Below are positions 1 through 8,903 of a DNA stretch of 45,732 nucleotides, one piece after another. Source of the DNA: Vescimonas sp. GTDB taxonomy: Bacteria; Bacillota; Clostridia; Oscillospirales; Oscillospiraceae. Where the stretch lies: positions 1 through 45,732 of the forward strand of contig JAZLIB010000173.1 in the NCBI GenBank assembly GCA_045617185.1, read 5' to 3'. The translations under genes and the position numbers were made by a program. The notes beneath the pieces are model-generated. The model was not told the origin of the DNA. It did no database searches and saw only the letters and a list, made by a program, of their open reading frames with translations. Numbering within the stretch: the first letter of the stretch is position 1; each line of letters begins with the position of its first letter.

Positions 1-278
1 TAGGCTGCCTGCTTCAAAAAGGCGAGCTGCTCGCTTTCTTTTTTGTCCCGACATTCATAGGCTGCCAAGGCCATACCCATGCCCATTGCGGTGTAGGGGC
101 CAGCGCTCTGCGTCACCATATCGGCTACAGCCTGGCGCACCTCCTGATAGGTGTGACAGGTGACGAAATGGACTTCAGGGAAAACGCGGCGGTCAAGAAT
201 ACGTACCTTGCCGTCTTCATACCATGCTACATTTTCATATTGCAGCAGGAACGGCATGCCGTTATCTTCTCGTATCAT
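1..278 (-). CDS. mtnA: S-methyl-5-thioribose-1-phosphate isomerase-like protein (eIF-2B family), 5' part only; runs off window start
   Basis: Not in the ORF track. Manual translation from ATG at 278 (RBS AAGGAGG): MIREDNGMPFLLQYENVAWYEDGKVRILDRRVFPEVHFVTCHTYQEVRQAVADMVTQSAGPYTAMGMGMALAA, matching the MtnA N-terminal pattern (W..G.V.ILD.R..P). Directly downstream of mtnK. Confidence 0.8.
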   Translation of the reverse strand, partial: MIREDNGMPFLLQYENVAWYEDGKVRILDRRVFPEVHFVTCHTYQEVRQAVADMVTQSAGPYTAMGMGMALAAYECRDKKESEQLAFLKQAA

Positions 279-292
279 TGCTTCGCCTCCTT

Positions 293-1501
293 TTAGCAAG
301 CGATCAGCTTCTGAAAGATCTCCGCCAGTTCCTTGCCCTGACGAATCTCGTTACGATGCATAATCAGATGGATACCCATTTGAATCAGCGCACGTTCCAT
401 GGGAATACGCAGCGCGGGATCCTCTACGGAAGTGACCTCCATTACCTTGGAGTCACCCACGGTACGGCGGATCATCTCTGTTCCTGCATAGCCTAAGGTG
501 TCAGCCATTACACTTTGCAGGAAAGCTTTTTTGAAGCCCTCCGTGCGGTAGAGGGAGAATGTTACCAGTTCATCGTAGCGCTTCTCCATTTTGCTGAATG
601 TCAGGTCAAAGACGGACACCAGCGTGTCAGCAACTGCCTTGGCAGAGGTATCCTCCGGGTGAGCAAATACCTTGTTTGCCCAGGAGAAATACAGATTGCC
701 CACAACATTGCCGATATCGTAGCCCATGGGGCCATAAAATGCGAACTCAGGATCAATGACCTTGAGCCCCTGCTCGTTGGCAAACACAGAACCCGAATGA
801 AGGTCACCGTGAAGCAAGGACTGGGCATGGTTCATGAACTGATACCGCAGCTTGGCAACCTCGCTCTTCAGCGCCTCGTTCCGATACAGGTTCTGCTCAA
901 CATAAGCCTCGTTGCCGGGGAAAATAATGTTACCGTTTTTAAAGTTATCGTAAGGTTCTGTCAGAACCAGATCTTCCGTAATATTACACAGCTCCGGGTT
1001 GGTATAAAACTGCACCCGGCGTTTCTTTTCGTTACGCTCCATCACAAGGTCTGTGGTGGAGAGCAGGGTTTCCACCATAAAAGTAGACAGATTCTCTGCA
1101 AGATGGTCGTAAACACGACCGGCTGCAAGTTCTTTGCGCAAGTTGCCGTAGGCGGAAATATCTTCCATAGAAATGGCCGCCATCGTTTCGTCATAGCGGA
1201 ACACATGAGGGACATATTCGGGGGCGAGTTTGCCCTGCAATTCCAAAATCTGAGCTTCGATCTTGTTGCGATAAAGGTCTAAGGGGCGTCCGGAACTGCG
1301 CAGCAGCTTATCGGCCTGCTTGACAATGATGCTGCGCCCATCCCGAAGGGACTGCACGCGAGTAACATAATTGATATTGCCGTCGCCGATCTCTGCACAG
1401 GAAAGTTCTTCTCCCGGCTCAAAGTAGTGAAGCACTTCTACGGTGTATGCTTTTACAGCATCCGTATCCATCAAAAAGAAATTATCAAATTTCATCACCA
1501 A
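293..1501 (-). CDS. mtnK: S-methyl-5-thioribose kinase (true start may be GTG 1498 or ATG 1495)
   Basis: Motifs EIGDGNINYV, VKQA, LLHGDLHSGS, VIDPEFAFYGPMGYDIG and EMIRR are typical of MTR kinase; RBS GAGGAG. Confidence 0.92.
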   Translation of the reverse strand: MVMKFDNFFLMDTDAVKAYTVEVLHYFEPGEELSCAEIGDGNINYVTRVQSLRDGRSIIVKQADKLLRSSGRPLDLYRNKIEAQILELQGKLAPEYVPHVFRYDETMAAISMEDISAYGNLRKELAAGRVYDHLAENLSTFMVETLLSTTDLVMERNEKKRRVQFYTNPELCNITEDLVLTEPYDNFKNGNIIFPGNEAYVEQNLYRNEALKSEVAKLRYQFMNHAQSLLHGDLHSGSVFANEQGLKVIDPEFAFYGPMGYDIGNVVGNLYFSWANKVFAHPEDTSAKAVADTLVSVFDLTFSKMEKRYDELVTFSLYRTEGFKKAFLQSVMADTLGYAGTEMIRRTVGDSKVMEVTSVEDPALRIPMERALIQMGIHLIMHRNEIRQGKELAEIFQKLIAC

Positions 1502-1519
1502 AATACTCCTCGATAGTAT

Positions 1520-1557
1520 GGGGAGCAGGAGGAATAAATTCTTTCCTCCTGCTCCCC
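1520..1557. terminator. 15-bp perfect stem-loop between the transporter gene and mtnK (partial terminator or mRNA stabiliser)
   Basis: GGGGAGCAGGAGGAA-taaattct-TTCCTCCTGCTCCCC with no strong U-tract on the minus strand. A second small inverted repeat TAGTTAAC..GTTAACTA lies at 1561-1582. Confidence 0.5.
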
Positions 1558-1608
1558 TACTAGTTAACTCGTTAGTTAACTATAGATTACACAGACAGCG
1601 TTTATTTA

Positions 1609-2946
1609 TTACTCAGCGTCTTTCTTGTCAGCAGCCTTCTTGGAAACGATGCCCTTGGGCCAACCAATCAGGATGAACAAGACACCGAATACGAACATCA
1701 GCATGCTGTACCAGCAGAAGGGAACGATGGACAGGGTGGACACACCTGCCAGACCTGCAGCGGCCAGGATCTGACCAGCCCAGGGGCAGATACCGTTACC
1801 AGCGGAGGAGAACAGGTCCAGGATGCTGGCGGTACGAACACGAGGAACATCAAACTTATCGGCAACATCTGCAGCGATGGGGCCTGCGGTGATGATGGAG
1901 ATGGTGTTGTTGGTGGTAGCCAGGTCGAGCAGGGTAACCAGAGCAGCGATGGACAGCTCAGCACCACGACGGCCCTTAACACCCTTGGTCAGCTTGGCGA
2001 GCAGCCAGTCAATACCGCCCAGGTAACGCATCAGAGCGACCAGACCGCCAACCATGACAGCGATAGCAGCAGTATCTTCCATGCACTTGATACCGTCGCC
2101 GACAGTAGCCAGAGCGGAAGCACCAGTGAAGCTGCCCTGAATCAGACCGATGACAATACCGGAAGCGATAGCGGTGCTCATAGCGATCAGAACGTGAGCG
2201 CCGATCAGGGACAGAACGATAACCAGGATGTAGGGGATCAGCTGTACGAAGTTCCAGGTCAGAGCAGACTCGTCCAGAGCTGCGGGAGTGGACTGGGTGA
2301 ACAGCAGGATCAGGGTGATGATAACTGCGGGCAGAACCATCAGGAAGTTAGCCTTGAACTTATCCTTCATCTGCACGCCCTGAGTACGGGTAGCAGCGAT
2401 GGTGGTATCGGAAATGAAGGACATGTTATCGCCGAACATAGCGCCGCCAACGACAGCACCGCACAGCAGAGGCATGCTGATGCCGGTCTTGCCAGCGATA
2501 TCAACAGCGATGGGCATCAGAGCGGTCACAGTACCCATGGAAGTACCCATGGAGAAGCTCAGGATGCAGCCGATGAAGAAGATGCCGGGCAGGATCATGT
2601 TGCCGGGCAGCAGCTTCAAGCCCAGGTTGGACACGGAGCTAACAGCACCCATGCCGCCTGCGACGCAGTAGAAAATACCTGCCATCAGGAAGATGAAGAA
2701 CATCAGAATCAGAGTGTCATCGCCGCCGCCTTTGCACATGTCGGTGATGATGTCATCAAAGCTCAGATTATCAGCTTTTCTCTTCTTAATGCAGAAAAAC
2801 AGTGCCACGATCATAGCGATCAGGATACCAACGTTCAGGGGCATGGTACCAGCATCACCGGTGATAATCGTAGCGAGGATGTACAGCGCAATGAAAATAA
2901 TCAGAGGCAGCAAACCAATAAAGCTACCCTTTTTGTTACTATTCAT
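1609..2946 (-). CDS. NhaC-family (Na+/H+ antiporter-like) solute transporter
   Basis: Polytopic membrane protein with SFSMGTSMGT, AVVGGAMFGDNMSFISDTTIAATRTQG and TNNT..I..AGP motifs of the NhaC/MetT-like subfamily. Confidence 0.88.
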   Translation of the reverse strand: MNSNKKGSFIGLLPLIIFIALYILATIITGDAGTMPLNVGILIAMIVALFFCIKKRKADNLSFDDIITDMCKGGGDDTLILMFFIFLMAGIFYCVAGGMGAVSSVSNLGLKLLPGNMILPGIFFIGCILSFSMGTSMGTVTALMPIAVDIAGKTGISMPLLCGAVVGGAMFGDNMSFISDTTIAATRTQGVQMKDKFKANFLMVLPAVIITLILLFTQSTPAALDESALTWNFVQLIPYILVIVLSLIGAHVLIAMSTAIASGIVIGLIQGSFTGASALATVGDGIKCMEDTAAIAVMVGGLVALMRYLGGIDWLLAKLTKGVKGRRGAELSIAALVTLLDLATTNNTISIITAGPIAADVADKFDVPRVRTASILDLFSSAGNGICPWAGQILAAAGLAGVSTLSIVPFCWYSMLMFVFGVLFILIGWPKGIVSKKAADKKDAE

Positions 2947-3090
2947 AAGTAACTCCTTTCATTCATGTAATTTTGTCTCTCGTACTTGTTTGTCTGTGTT
3001 GATCAGATCACAATGGATTTACATTTCCCCACATCAAACACCCCTCTATCTGATATCGGCAAATATATCCCCACCGTGTTTCTCCCTATA

Positions 3091-3125
3091 AGAATACAAC
3101 ATTTTTCAACTTAGGTCAACATTTT
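3091..3125 (-). promoter_or_regulatory. SigA-type promoter of the transporter-mtnK-mtnA operon, overlapped by 10-bp-phased CAAC repeats
   Basis: Minus strand TTGACC-17 nt-TATTCT (3119-3114, 3096-3091); CAAC at 3097, 3107 and 3117. Confidence 0.55.
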
Positions 3126-3230
3126 CAGGCATCATATCTCATATTCGGCATTTTTTTACAATGACGTCGCCGTAATATGTATATTTTTGACAATTTTGTG
3201 TTATTTTTTGTGGGGGCCAACAGCATTTGC

Positions 3231-3259
3231 TTGCGTTCTCCACAAATATCATCTATAAT
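3231..3259 (+). promoter_or_regulatory. SigA-type promoter of the DeoR gene
   Basis: TTGCGT-17 nt-TATAAT, followed by RBS CAGGAG before ATG 3292. Confidence 0.65.
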
Positions 3260-3291
3260 AAAGATGTAATGAAACAACAGGAGCTTAATTT

Positions 3292-4059
3292 ATGCTGAAA
3301 ATTGACCGACATAATTTTATTGAGCAGGAGCTAATGCTTAATGGCAGTGTCCAGATTTCGACATTGAGTGATGTTCTGCACTGCAGTGAAGAAACCATCC
3401 GACGCGATTTGAAGGAACTGGAATCTATCGGAAAGCTTACGCGCACCCAAGGTGGCGCATATTTGATGGATCGGTATGATAAATCCTATCCTTCCAAATT
3501 GCGCAAGGATTTCTTTCAGGACAAAAAAAATGAAATGGCCAACATTGCATTGAAATATATCAAGGATAGCGATGTAATCATGCTGGATTCCAGCACCACC
3601 TGTCTTGCCTTAGCCGAGGCTCTCATTTTAAGTAAGCGAAATATCACCATAATCACCAATTCTCTGTTAATCTGCGAAATATGCAGTGAACGCACCGCCA
3701 ATATCAATCTGGTTTCTCTCGGCGGTACATTCCGCCAAAGGACTTCCTCCTTTGTTGGCCCTCATGCATTGGATGCGTTGCAAAATTATTACGCAGACCA
3801 CTCTTTTGTCAGTTGTCCTTATATCACATTAGAGCATGGTCTTAGCGATCATAAACTGGATGAGGCTCAGATTCGAACAGCCATGCTGCATAATTCCAGA
3901 GAAAGAATACTGCTGATGGATCACACAAAATTCACATCAAACGGAAATATTCTTTTCGGTGATCTGTCTTCTATCGATGTGCTGATTACCGATCAGGTTT
4001 TATCCGAAAACTGGGAACATTATTGCAGCCAAAACAACATCAAATTAGAGTATACCTAA
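3292..4059 (+). CDS. DeoR/GlpR-family transcriptional regulator
   Basis: HTH SEETIRRDLKELE..G.L.RT.GGA; sensor domain motifs MLDSSTT, IITNSL, LGG and DHTKF. Confidence 0.95.
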   Translation: MLKIDRHNFIEQELMLNGSVQISTLSDVLHCSEETIRRDLKELESIGKLTRTQGGAYLMDRYDKSYPSKLRKDFFQDKKNEMANIALKYIKDSDVIMLDSSTTCLALAEALILSKRNITIITNSLLICEICSERTANINLVSLGGTFRQRTSSFVGPHALDALQNYYADHSFVSCPYITLEHGLSDHKLDEAQIRTAMLHNSRERILLMDHTKFTSNGNILFGDLSSIDVLITDQVLSENWEHYCSQNNIKLEYT

Positions 4060-4147
4060 ATCAAGGTCAGGCCGTACGGTGCCATACATTTTGTTTGTTG
4101 CAAGTCTTTTCTGTTTTTCGCTGCTATCATTTTTGCCAAGATTAAAT

Positions 4148-4184
4148 ATATCACTGATTTCCAAGCGAAATCAGGGATTTTCTT
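4148..4184 (+). terminator. Probable intrinsic terminator of the DeoR gene
   Basis: Imperfect stem ATCACTGATTT..AAATCAGGGAT followed by TTTCTTT. Confidence 0.45.
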
Positions 4185-4472
4185 TATGGGCACACAAAAG
4201 CAAGATGCACCACTCTCTTATCCGCAAAACCGGACAACGGCCGAAAGCACAGCAAATCTTCTACGATCATTTTATTAGCCACCTATATCAGGAAGAAAAA
4301 CAATCCCCGCAAACATTCCGGCGAATATATGAAACAATACCTGCTGAGTTCTTACCAGGCATAAAACACGTATGCACATGTATGCTTTTCCCCCTGGCAA
4401 AAAAGATGTTACACAGCTCATCGGTGCCACAGATGATTTGGACTGCAAAAAAACATGGTTTTATTTACATGA

Positions 4473-4514
4473 ATAAAGAAGGTTTGTGAGCCTTCGCACA
4501 CAAGCCTTCTTTAT
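4473..4514. terminator. Intrinsic terminator, likely ending the minus-strand T4SS locus transcript
   Basis: ATAAAGAAGGTTTGTG..CACAAGCCTTCTTTAT inverted repeat with A/T tails on both sides. Confidence 0.65.
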
Positions 4515-4620
4515 ATATCATTAAATATTCACTTGTTTTTGTGTTTTTCCTATTTAATCAACACAATCCGGGGCAATTCATTCCTCTGCCGGTGCATTTA
4601 TATTGCAATTTATGTAATCA

Positions 4621-6363
4621 TCAGCCCTTCTGCATGGGATCCGGCTGTTTAACCTGATTCTGCTGTGCAGTCTTGGCCTTCTTGACCGATGCCTTTTGCA
4701 GCTGCTGCTCACGGCTGGGAGCAGCCTTGCCCTGCACTTGCATATCCGCCCGCATGCACTTCGCCGAAATCTTCACATCCTCCTTGACCTGATCACTGAA
4801 CTTCATGAAATCGGGGGAGTTGATCAATTTCACATACTTCTCTTCCGTCATGTTGTCAAAGGCTTCCTTGAGTGCAGGCACCTTGCGCAGAGCGCTGACA
4901 AAGCCATCTCTGCCAAGGCCGGTTTCCATCAGTTTTTCGACCGCAGTGTCGCCTTCCAGATAGAAATCACGCAGCAGGGATACGGCAGCAAGATTGTAAA
5001 GAGAAGCGGACAGATCCTGTGCCTTAGGCTTTACTTCGGCGCCTTTCTGAATAGAATCAGTATAATCCATGACCTTTTTATAGATATTATCTGCCTGTTG
5101 GACCATCTTATCCAAACGGGTGGGAAATTCTTTGCGTGTGTCGGCATTGGTATCCCACCAATAGGCTTTCTTGAAGTTCTGGAACTTTATCGCATCACCT
5201 GCCAGTTTTTTACCAGCCTGCTCTACTGCCTGCTTTTTGGCAGCCTCTGCTTGGGTCCGCTCTTTGGCGGCTTGTTCTTCCGGAGATTCTTTCTCCGGCG
5301 GCAGCTCCATGCCCAAGGCCGTCTTTACCTTATTCTTGAATTTGTCGCCGAACTTCAAAAAATCAGGATTATCGAACAGTTTTACATACTTATGCTCTGT
5401 CATATTCTCAAAGGCCTTCTGAAGCTCCGGCATATTACGCAGCGTATCGATGACCTTCTCCTTGGTGACGCCATTTTTTGTCAGCGTTTCAATCGTGTTG
5501 TCGTTCGCCTGAAAGAAATCCCGCATCAGGTTTGCCGCCGCAAGGTTGTAAAGGGAGTCGGAAAGTTGCTTGGTATCATCCACATGACCGTTGCGGATCT
5601 TCTCCACATAGGAGCATGCTTTTTGATACTCATCCATTGTTCCCCTGACAAAAGTCTCCATCAATTTGGATCCTTTTCCCTTATGCAAAGCTTCTGCATA
5701 CTCGTCCTCTAATTGGGCGGTTTGCGCCATATCGCGTGTTATTCTCTGCATAGCTCTCGGTGCCGTCATTATGGCATCCATTCTTAAGCCAACTATGGCT
5801 CCGCGGGTTTCGGCCGCGCTTTCTATGCTTTCGTTGCCCACTCTGTACTCGTTCATAGCCTTCTCATACTTATCATAGTCAGCTTTGAACCAGTTCTTAT
5901 TCATGGCATGGAGCAGGCCTTTGAAAAAATTGGGAGACTTGGGCTTCTTCATTTCGGTGATCATATCGCCCAATTCCATTTTGCCTGTATTCTCGTCCCA
6001 TATCACGGGGCGAGGATAGAGCTCGGTATCCTTATAGATGAGCAGTCGGTTATCTCGAATTGCCTTTGTAATATCGCCGGCGTACGAAAAATTTTCGGCC
6101 ATCCTGTTTTCATTGGCAAGGTCGCCTTCATTGAGTTTAGAAATAGGGTTAATGATCTGTGCAATGCCTGTTTTCTTGGACTTATCATTACCGTATGTGA
6201 AGTTCTTCATACCGTAGGTATAGAAAGCCTCTGCTACGCCCTTGCCGGTTTCAAAATCGACTGCGATATTGTTCTTTTCACAAAGTTCGGCCAACGCGGC
6301 AGCTTTATGACTGTCAGCCATCATAAAATAGAATGATTGAACGCTGTAGTTCTTTCTTGGCAT
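4621..6363 (-). CDS. Hypothetical alpha-helical protein, 580 aa, with internal domain duplication; candidate T4SS substrate
   Basis: RBS GGGAGG; no signal peptide or TM segment; two copies of an SLYNLAA...AF(E/D)NMTE.KYVKL...PDF.KF domain; K/Q-rich tail ending QPDPMQKG. Confidence 0.85.
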   Translation of the reverse strand: MPRKNYSVQSFYFMMADSHKAAALAELCEKNNIAVDFETGKGVAEAFYTYGMKNFTYGNDKSKKTGIAQIINPISKLNEGDLANENRMAENFSYAGDITKAIRDNRLLIYKDTELYPRPVIWDENTGKMELGDMITEMKKPKSPNFFKGLLHAMNKNWFKADYDKYEKAMNEYRVGNESIESAAETRGAIVGLRMDAIMTAPRAMQRITRDMAQTAQLEDEYAEALHKGKGSKLMETFVRGTMDEYQKACSYVEKIRNGHVDDTKQLSDSLYNLAAANLMRDFFQANDNTIETLTKNGVTKEKVIDTLRNMPELQKAFENMTEHKYVKLFDNPDFLKFGDKFKNKVKTALGMELPPEKESPEEQAAKERTQAEAAKKQAVEQAGKKLAGDAIKFQNFKKAYWWDTNADTRKEFPTRLDKMVQQADNIYKKVMDYTDSIQKGAEVKPKAQDLSASLYNLAAVSLLRDFYLEGDTAVEKLMETGLGRDGFVSALRKVPALKEAFDNMTEEKYVKLINSPDFMKFSDQVKEDVKISAKCMRADMQVQGKAAPSREQQLQKASVKKAKTAQQNQVKQPDPMQKG

Positions 6364-6397
6364 AATATGGTTCCTCCCGTTATTTTGCGTTTCTGCT

Positions 6398-6429
6398 TAT
6401 AATACCGATGTATCATAAGAAAGGTTTCA
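6398..6429 (-). promoter_or_regulatory. Candidate ECF-sigma promoter (copy 1)
   Basis: TGAAACCTTT-n13-GGTATTATA in the intergenic gap upstream of the 580-aa gene; same motif and spacing at three other sites. Confidence 0.65.
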
Positions 6430-6456
6430 CGTCGTTTTCCCTTTGGGAAATTTCTG

Positions 6457-8853
6457 TCAGACGATAGCCTGCCCGCCTGACTGTATATTTCTCTTTACAA
6501 TGGGTTTTGTGTATGGTTGCTGTTTCGGCTTGGCGTTTTGCTGCTGGCCGGCAATATATTCCGCTCCCTTTTGCGCTTCTTTGTGCAGTTCGTTATCCTT
6601 CTTGGCGGCCACCTTCTGTAAATACGTGGGGAACTTATCGATGACGGATTTCGTCATCTTCTGCAAACCTTCCGGTTCAAGCACATTCTTCTTGAAAAAG
6701 TCCTTGTCATGCTCAAAGTTTGCTGTGTAACGGACATTTTCGGAAATGCCCGTCAAATCTTTCCAGCCTTTGGCGAAATCCTTGCCGCCAAGGAGCCCCA
6801 TGAAATTATCAAAGCCGCCCACATAGGTGGCAAACGGCTCACCGCGGTTTTGGATCATCTGCTTGAGCGTGTCAGCGGCCACAATGGACTCCACAGTTCC
6901 ATCACCTGCCCAGACGCGCTCACCGTTCTTCATGGCTTTTACTCCATTTTTCAGAAGCTCCCGGCTCTTTTCGCCGTCCGTCAGCACCTTGTGGATATTA
7001 TCCTTCACGCTTTGAGGCAGTTCCTTGCCTTTGTTTTCCTTCTGCAAGAGCCGCAGTAGATCCTCTTCATTCTGCTTTAACAGCTCTTCCTGTACAGGAC
7101 TGTTCACCAGACCTGCCTCGATGGCCAGTTTTTCAGCATCGATTTTTGATGCTGTGAACAATGGCTCGGTATCTTTTCCCTTCTGGATATATTCGTCCCA
7201 TTTCTCCAGTCCATGATCCATAGAGCGGGATAGCTGCCGCATACCATCCTTGGTGAAAATCGACTGCTCAAAGAATTCTTTATTATGCATATAATCCGAT
7301 GCAAAGCGCACATCGGTAGACAAGAGCGACATCTTTTTCCATTGTTCCACGAAATCCTTGTCGCCGATGGCATTTAATATATCCGGTGTGGTGCTGTCCA
7401 TAATGAATTTTTCTATATTTTTGCCCGCCACAATAGACGGCACCAAGTCACCTGCGTAAAGCATTTCCCCGCTCTTTCGGCTATCCAATGCCTGCTTGAG
7501 CGTATTTCGGCTCTTTGCCGACTCGTCCAATAATTGGTGAAGATTATTTTTCACCTGTTCCGGCACGTCTTTGTCACCATTCAGTACGCGCAAATATTCC
7601 AGCAGCTTCTGCTCCTTCGATGTGGTAGCAGGCGACTGTTCATTCTGCTTTGACTGCTGCTCCTGCTCAGGACTGTTCACCAGACCTTCCTCGATGGCCA
7701 ACTTTTCCGCCTCAATTTTGGATTCCTTGAACAATAGTTCGGTATCTTTCCCCTTTTGGATATATTCGTCCCATTTCTCCAGTCCATGATCCATAGAGCG
7801 GGATAGCTGCCGCATACCATTCTTGGTGAAAATCGACTGCTCAAAGAATTCCTTATTATGCATGTACTCCGATGCAAAGCGCACATCGGTAGACAAGAGC
7901 GACATCTTTTTCCATTGTTCCACGAAATCCTTGTCGCCGATGGCATTTAATATATCCGGTGTGGTGCTGTCCATAATGAATCTTTCTATATTTTTGCCCG
8001 CCACAATAGACGGCACCAAGACACCTGCGTAAAGCATTTCCCCGCTCTTTCGGCTATCCAATGCCTGCTTAAGCGTATTTCGGCTCTTTGCCGACTCGTC
8101 CAATAATTGGTGAAGATTATTTTTCACCTGTTCCGGCACGTCTTTGTCACCATTCAGTACGCGCAAATATTCCAGCAGTTTCTGCTCCTTCGATGTAGTA
8201 GCAGCCGGCTGTTCATTCTGCTTTGACTGCATTTCTGTCTGCGTCTGAGCAGACGGCATGACCTGCGTCTTAAGTTGCTGTATTTCTGCCTGCATCTGTG
8301 CCATCTGCGCCTTTAACAGGGCGATTTCCTGCTCCAACAGTTGAATTTTCGTGTCAGCAGCGGTCTTTTCCTTCTCTTGAACGTTTTGTTCCTTTGCACC
8401 AGACTTGTCCTTCGCAGCAGGCTGACTCTGGTTGGCAGATTCCTGCGCAGCATCATTACCGCCGAACAGCACCTGATATTCATGCTCCAGGCGCAGTCCA
8501 CCACCGCCATAGGGCATACCCACGTGATTCTTTTTCTTTTTTTCCGACTTTGGATCCTTGGAGTCCTCCTCATCGGGATTTGTATTATCTGCCTGCGCAT
8601 TTGCAGACTGTGTATCATTAGTCTGTGCTGCCTGCGTCTGATTGGCAGGTGCCTGTTCCTGATTAGCAGGTGCCTGTTCCTGATTAGCAGGTGCCTGCTG
8701 CTGGTTGGCAGGTGCCTGCTGCTGGTTGGCAGGTGCCTGCTGCTGATTAGCAGGTGCCTGCTGCTGATTAGCAGGTGCTTGCTGCTGATTTGCAGGTGCT
8801 TGCTGCTGATTTGCAGGCGCCTGCTTCGCTACTTCCTGTCCCTTTTTCGGCAT
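6457..8853 (-). CDS. Hypothetical protein, 798 aa: QAPANQ tandem repeats, coiled coil, three copies of a helical domain; candidate T4SS substrate
   Basis: RBS GAGGAG; hydrophilic, no signal peptide; tail QQQNAKPKQQPYTKPIVKRNIQSGGQAIV. Confidence 0.88.
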   Translation of the reverse strand: MPKKGQEVAKQAPANQQQAPANQQQAPANQQQAPANQQQAPANQQQAPANQQQAPANQEQAPANQEQAPANQTQAAQTNDTQSANAQADNTNPDEEDSKDPKSEKKKKNHVGMPYGGGGLRLEHEYQVLFGGNDAAQESANQSQPAAKDKSGAKEQNVQEKEKTAADTKIQLLEQEIALLKAQMAQMQAEIQQLKTQVMPSAQTQTEMQSKQNEQPAATTSKEQKLLEYLRVLNGDKDVPEQVKNNLHQLLDESAKSRNTLKQALDSRKSGEMLYAGVLVPSIVAGKNIERFIMDSTTPDILNAIGDKDFVEQWKKMSLLSTDVRFASEYMHNKEFFEQSIFTKNGMRQLSRSMDHGLEKWDEYIQKGKDTELLFKESKIEAEKLAIEEGLVNSPEQEQQSKQNEQSPATTSKEQKLLEYLRVLNGDKDVPEQVKNNLHQLLDESAKSRNTLKQALDSRKSGEMLYAGDLVPSIVAGKNIEKFIMDSTTPDILNAIGDKDFVEQWKKMSLLSTDVRFASDYMHNKEFFEQSIFTKDGMRQLSRSMDHGLEKWDEYIQKGKDTEPLFTASKIDAEKLAIEAGLVNSPVQEELLKQNEEDLLRLLQKENKGKELPQSVKDNIHKVLTDGEKSRELLKNGVKAMKNGERVWAGDGTVESIVAADTLKQMIQNRGEPFATYVGGFDNFMGLLGGKDFAKGWKDLTGISENVRYTANFEHDKDFFKKNVLEPEGLQKMTKSVIDKFPTYLQKVAAKKDNELHKEAQKGAEYIAGQQQNAKPKQQPYTKPIVKRNIQSGGQAIV
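7095..8230. repeat. In-frame near-identical tandem duplication, 573-bp period (7095-7657 and 7668-8230)
   Basis: CAGGACTGTTCACCAGACCT at 7095 and 7668; CTTTGACTGC ending at 7657 and 8230; the protein shows two nearly identical 191-aa units. Confidence 0.95.
8638..8826. repeat. Nine 21-bp coding tandem repeats encoding (Q/E/K)QAPANQ
   Basis: Units like CTGATTAGCAGGTGCCTGCTG repeated nine times without spacers. Confidence 0.95.
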
Positions 8854-8903
8854 AGAAGTTCACTCCTCAATATATTCTCGTTTTCATAACAAGGCTCTCG
8901 CCG

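Noticed and set aside
4079-4489. 136-aa plus-strand ORF after DeoR
   Set aside because: GTG start without an RBS, spans a likely terminator hairpin, no recognisable motifs; treated as intergenic or decayed sequence.
8638-8826. Possible CRISPR array (also 20061-20355)
   Set aside because: Repeats are contiguous, in-frame multiples of 3, lack unique spacers, and no cas genes are present.
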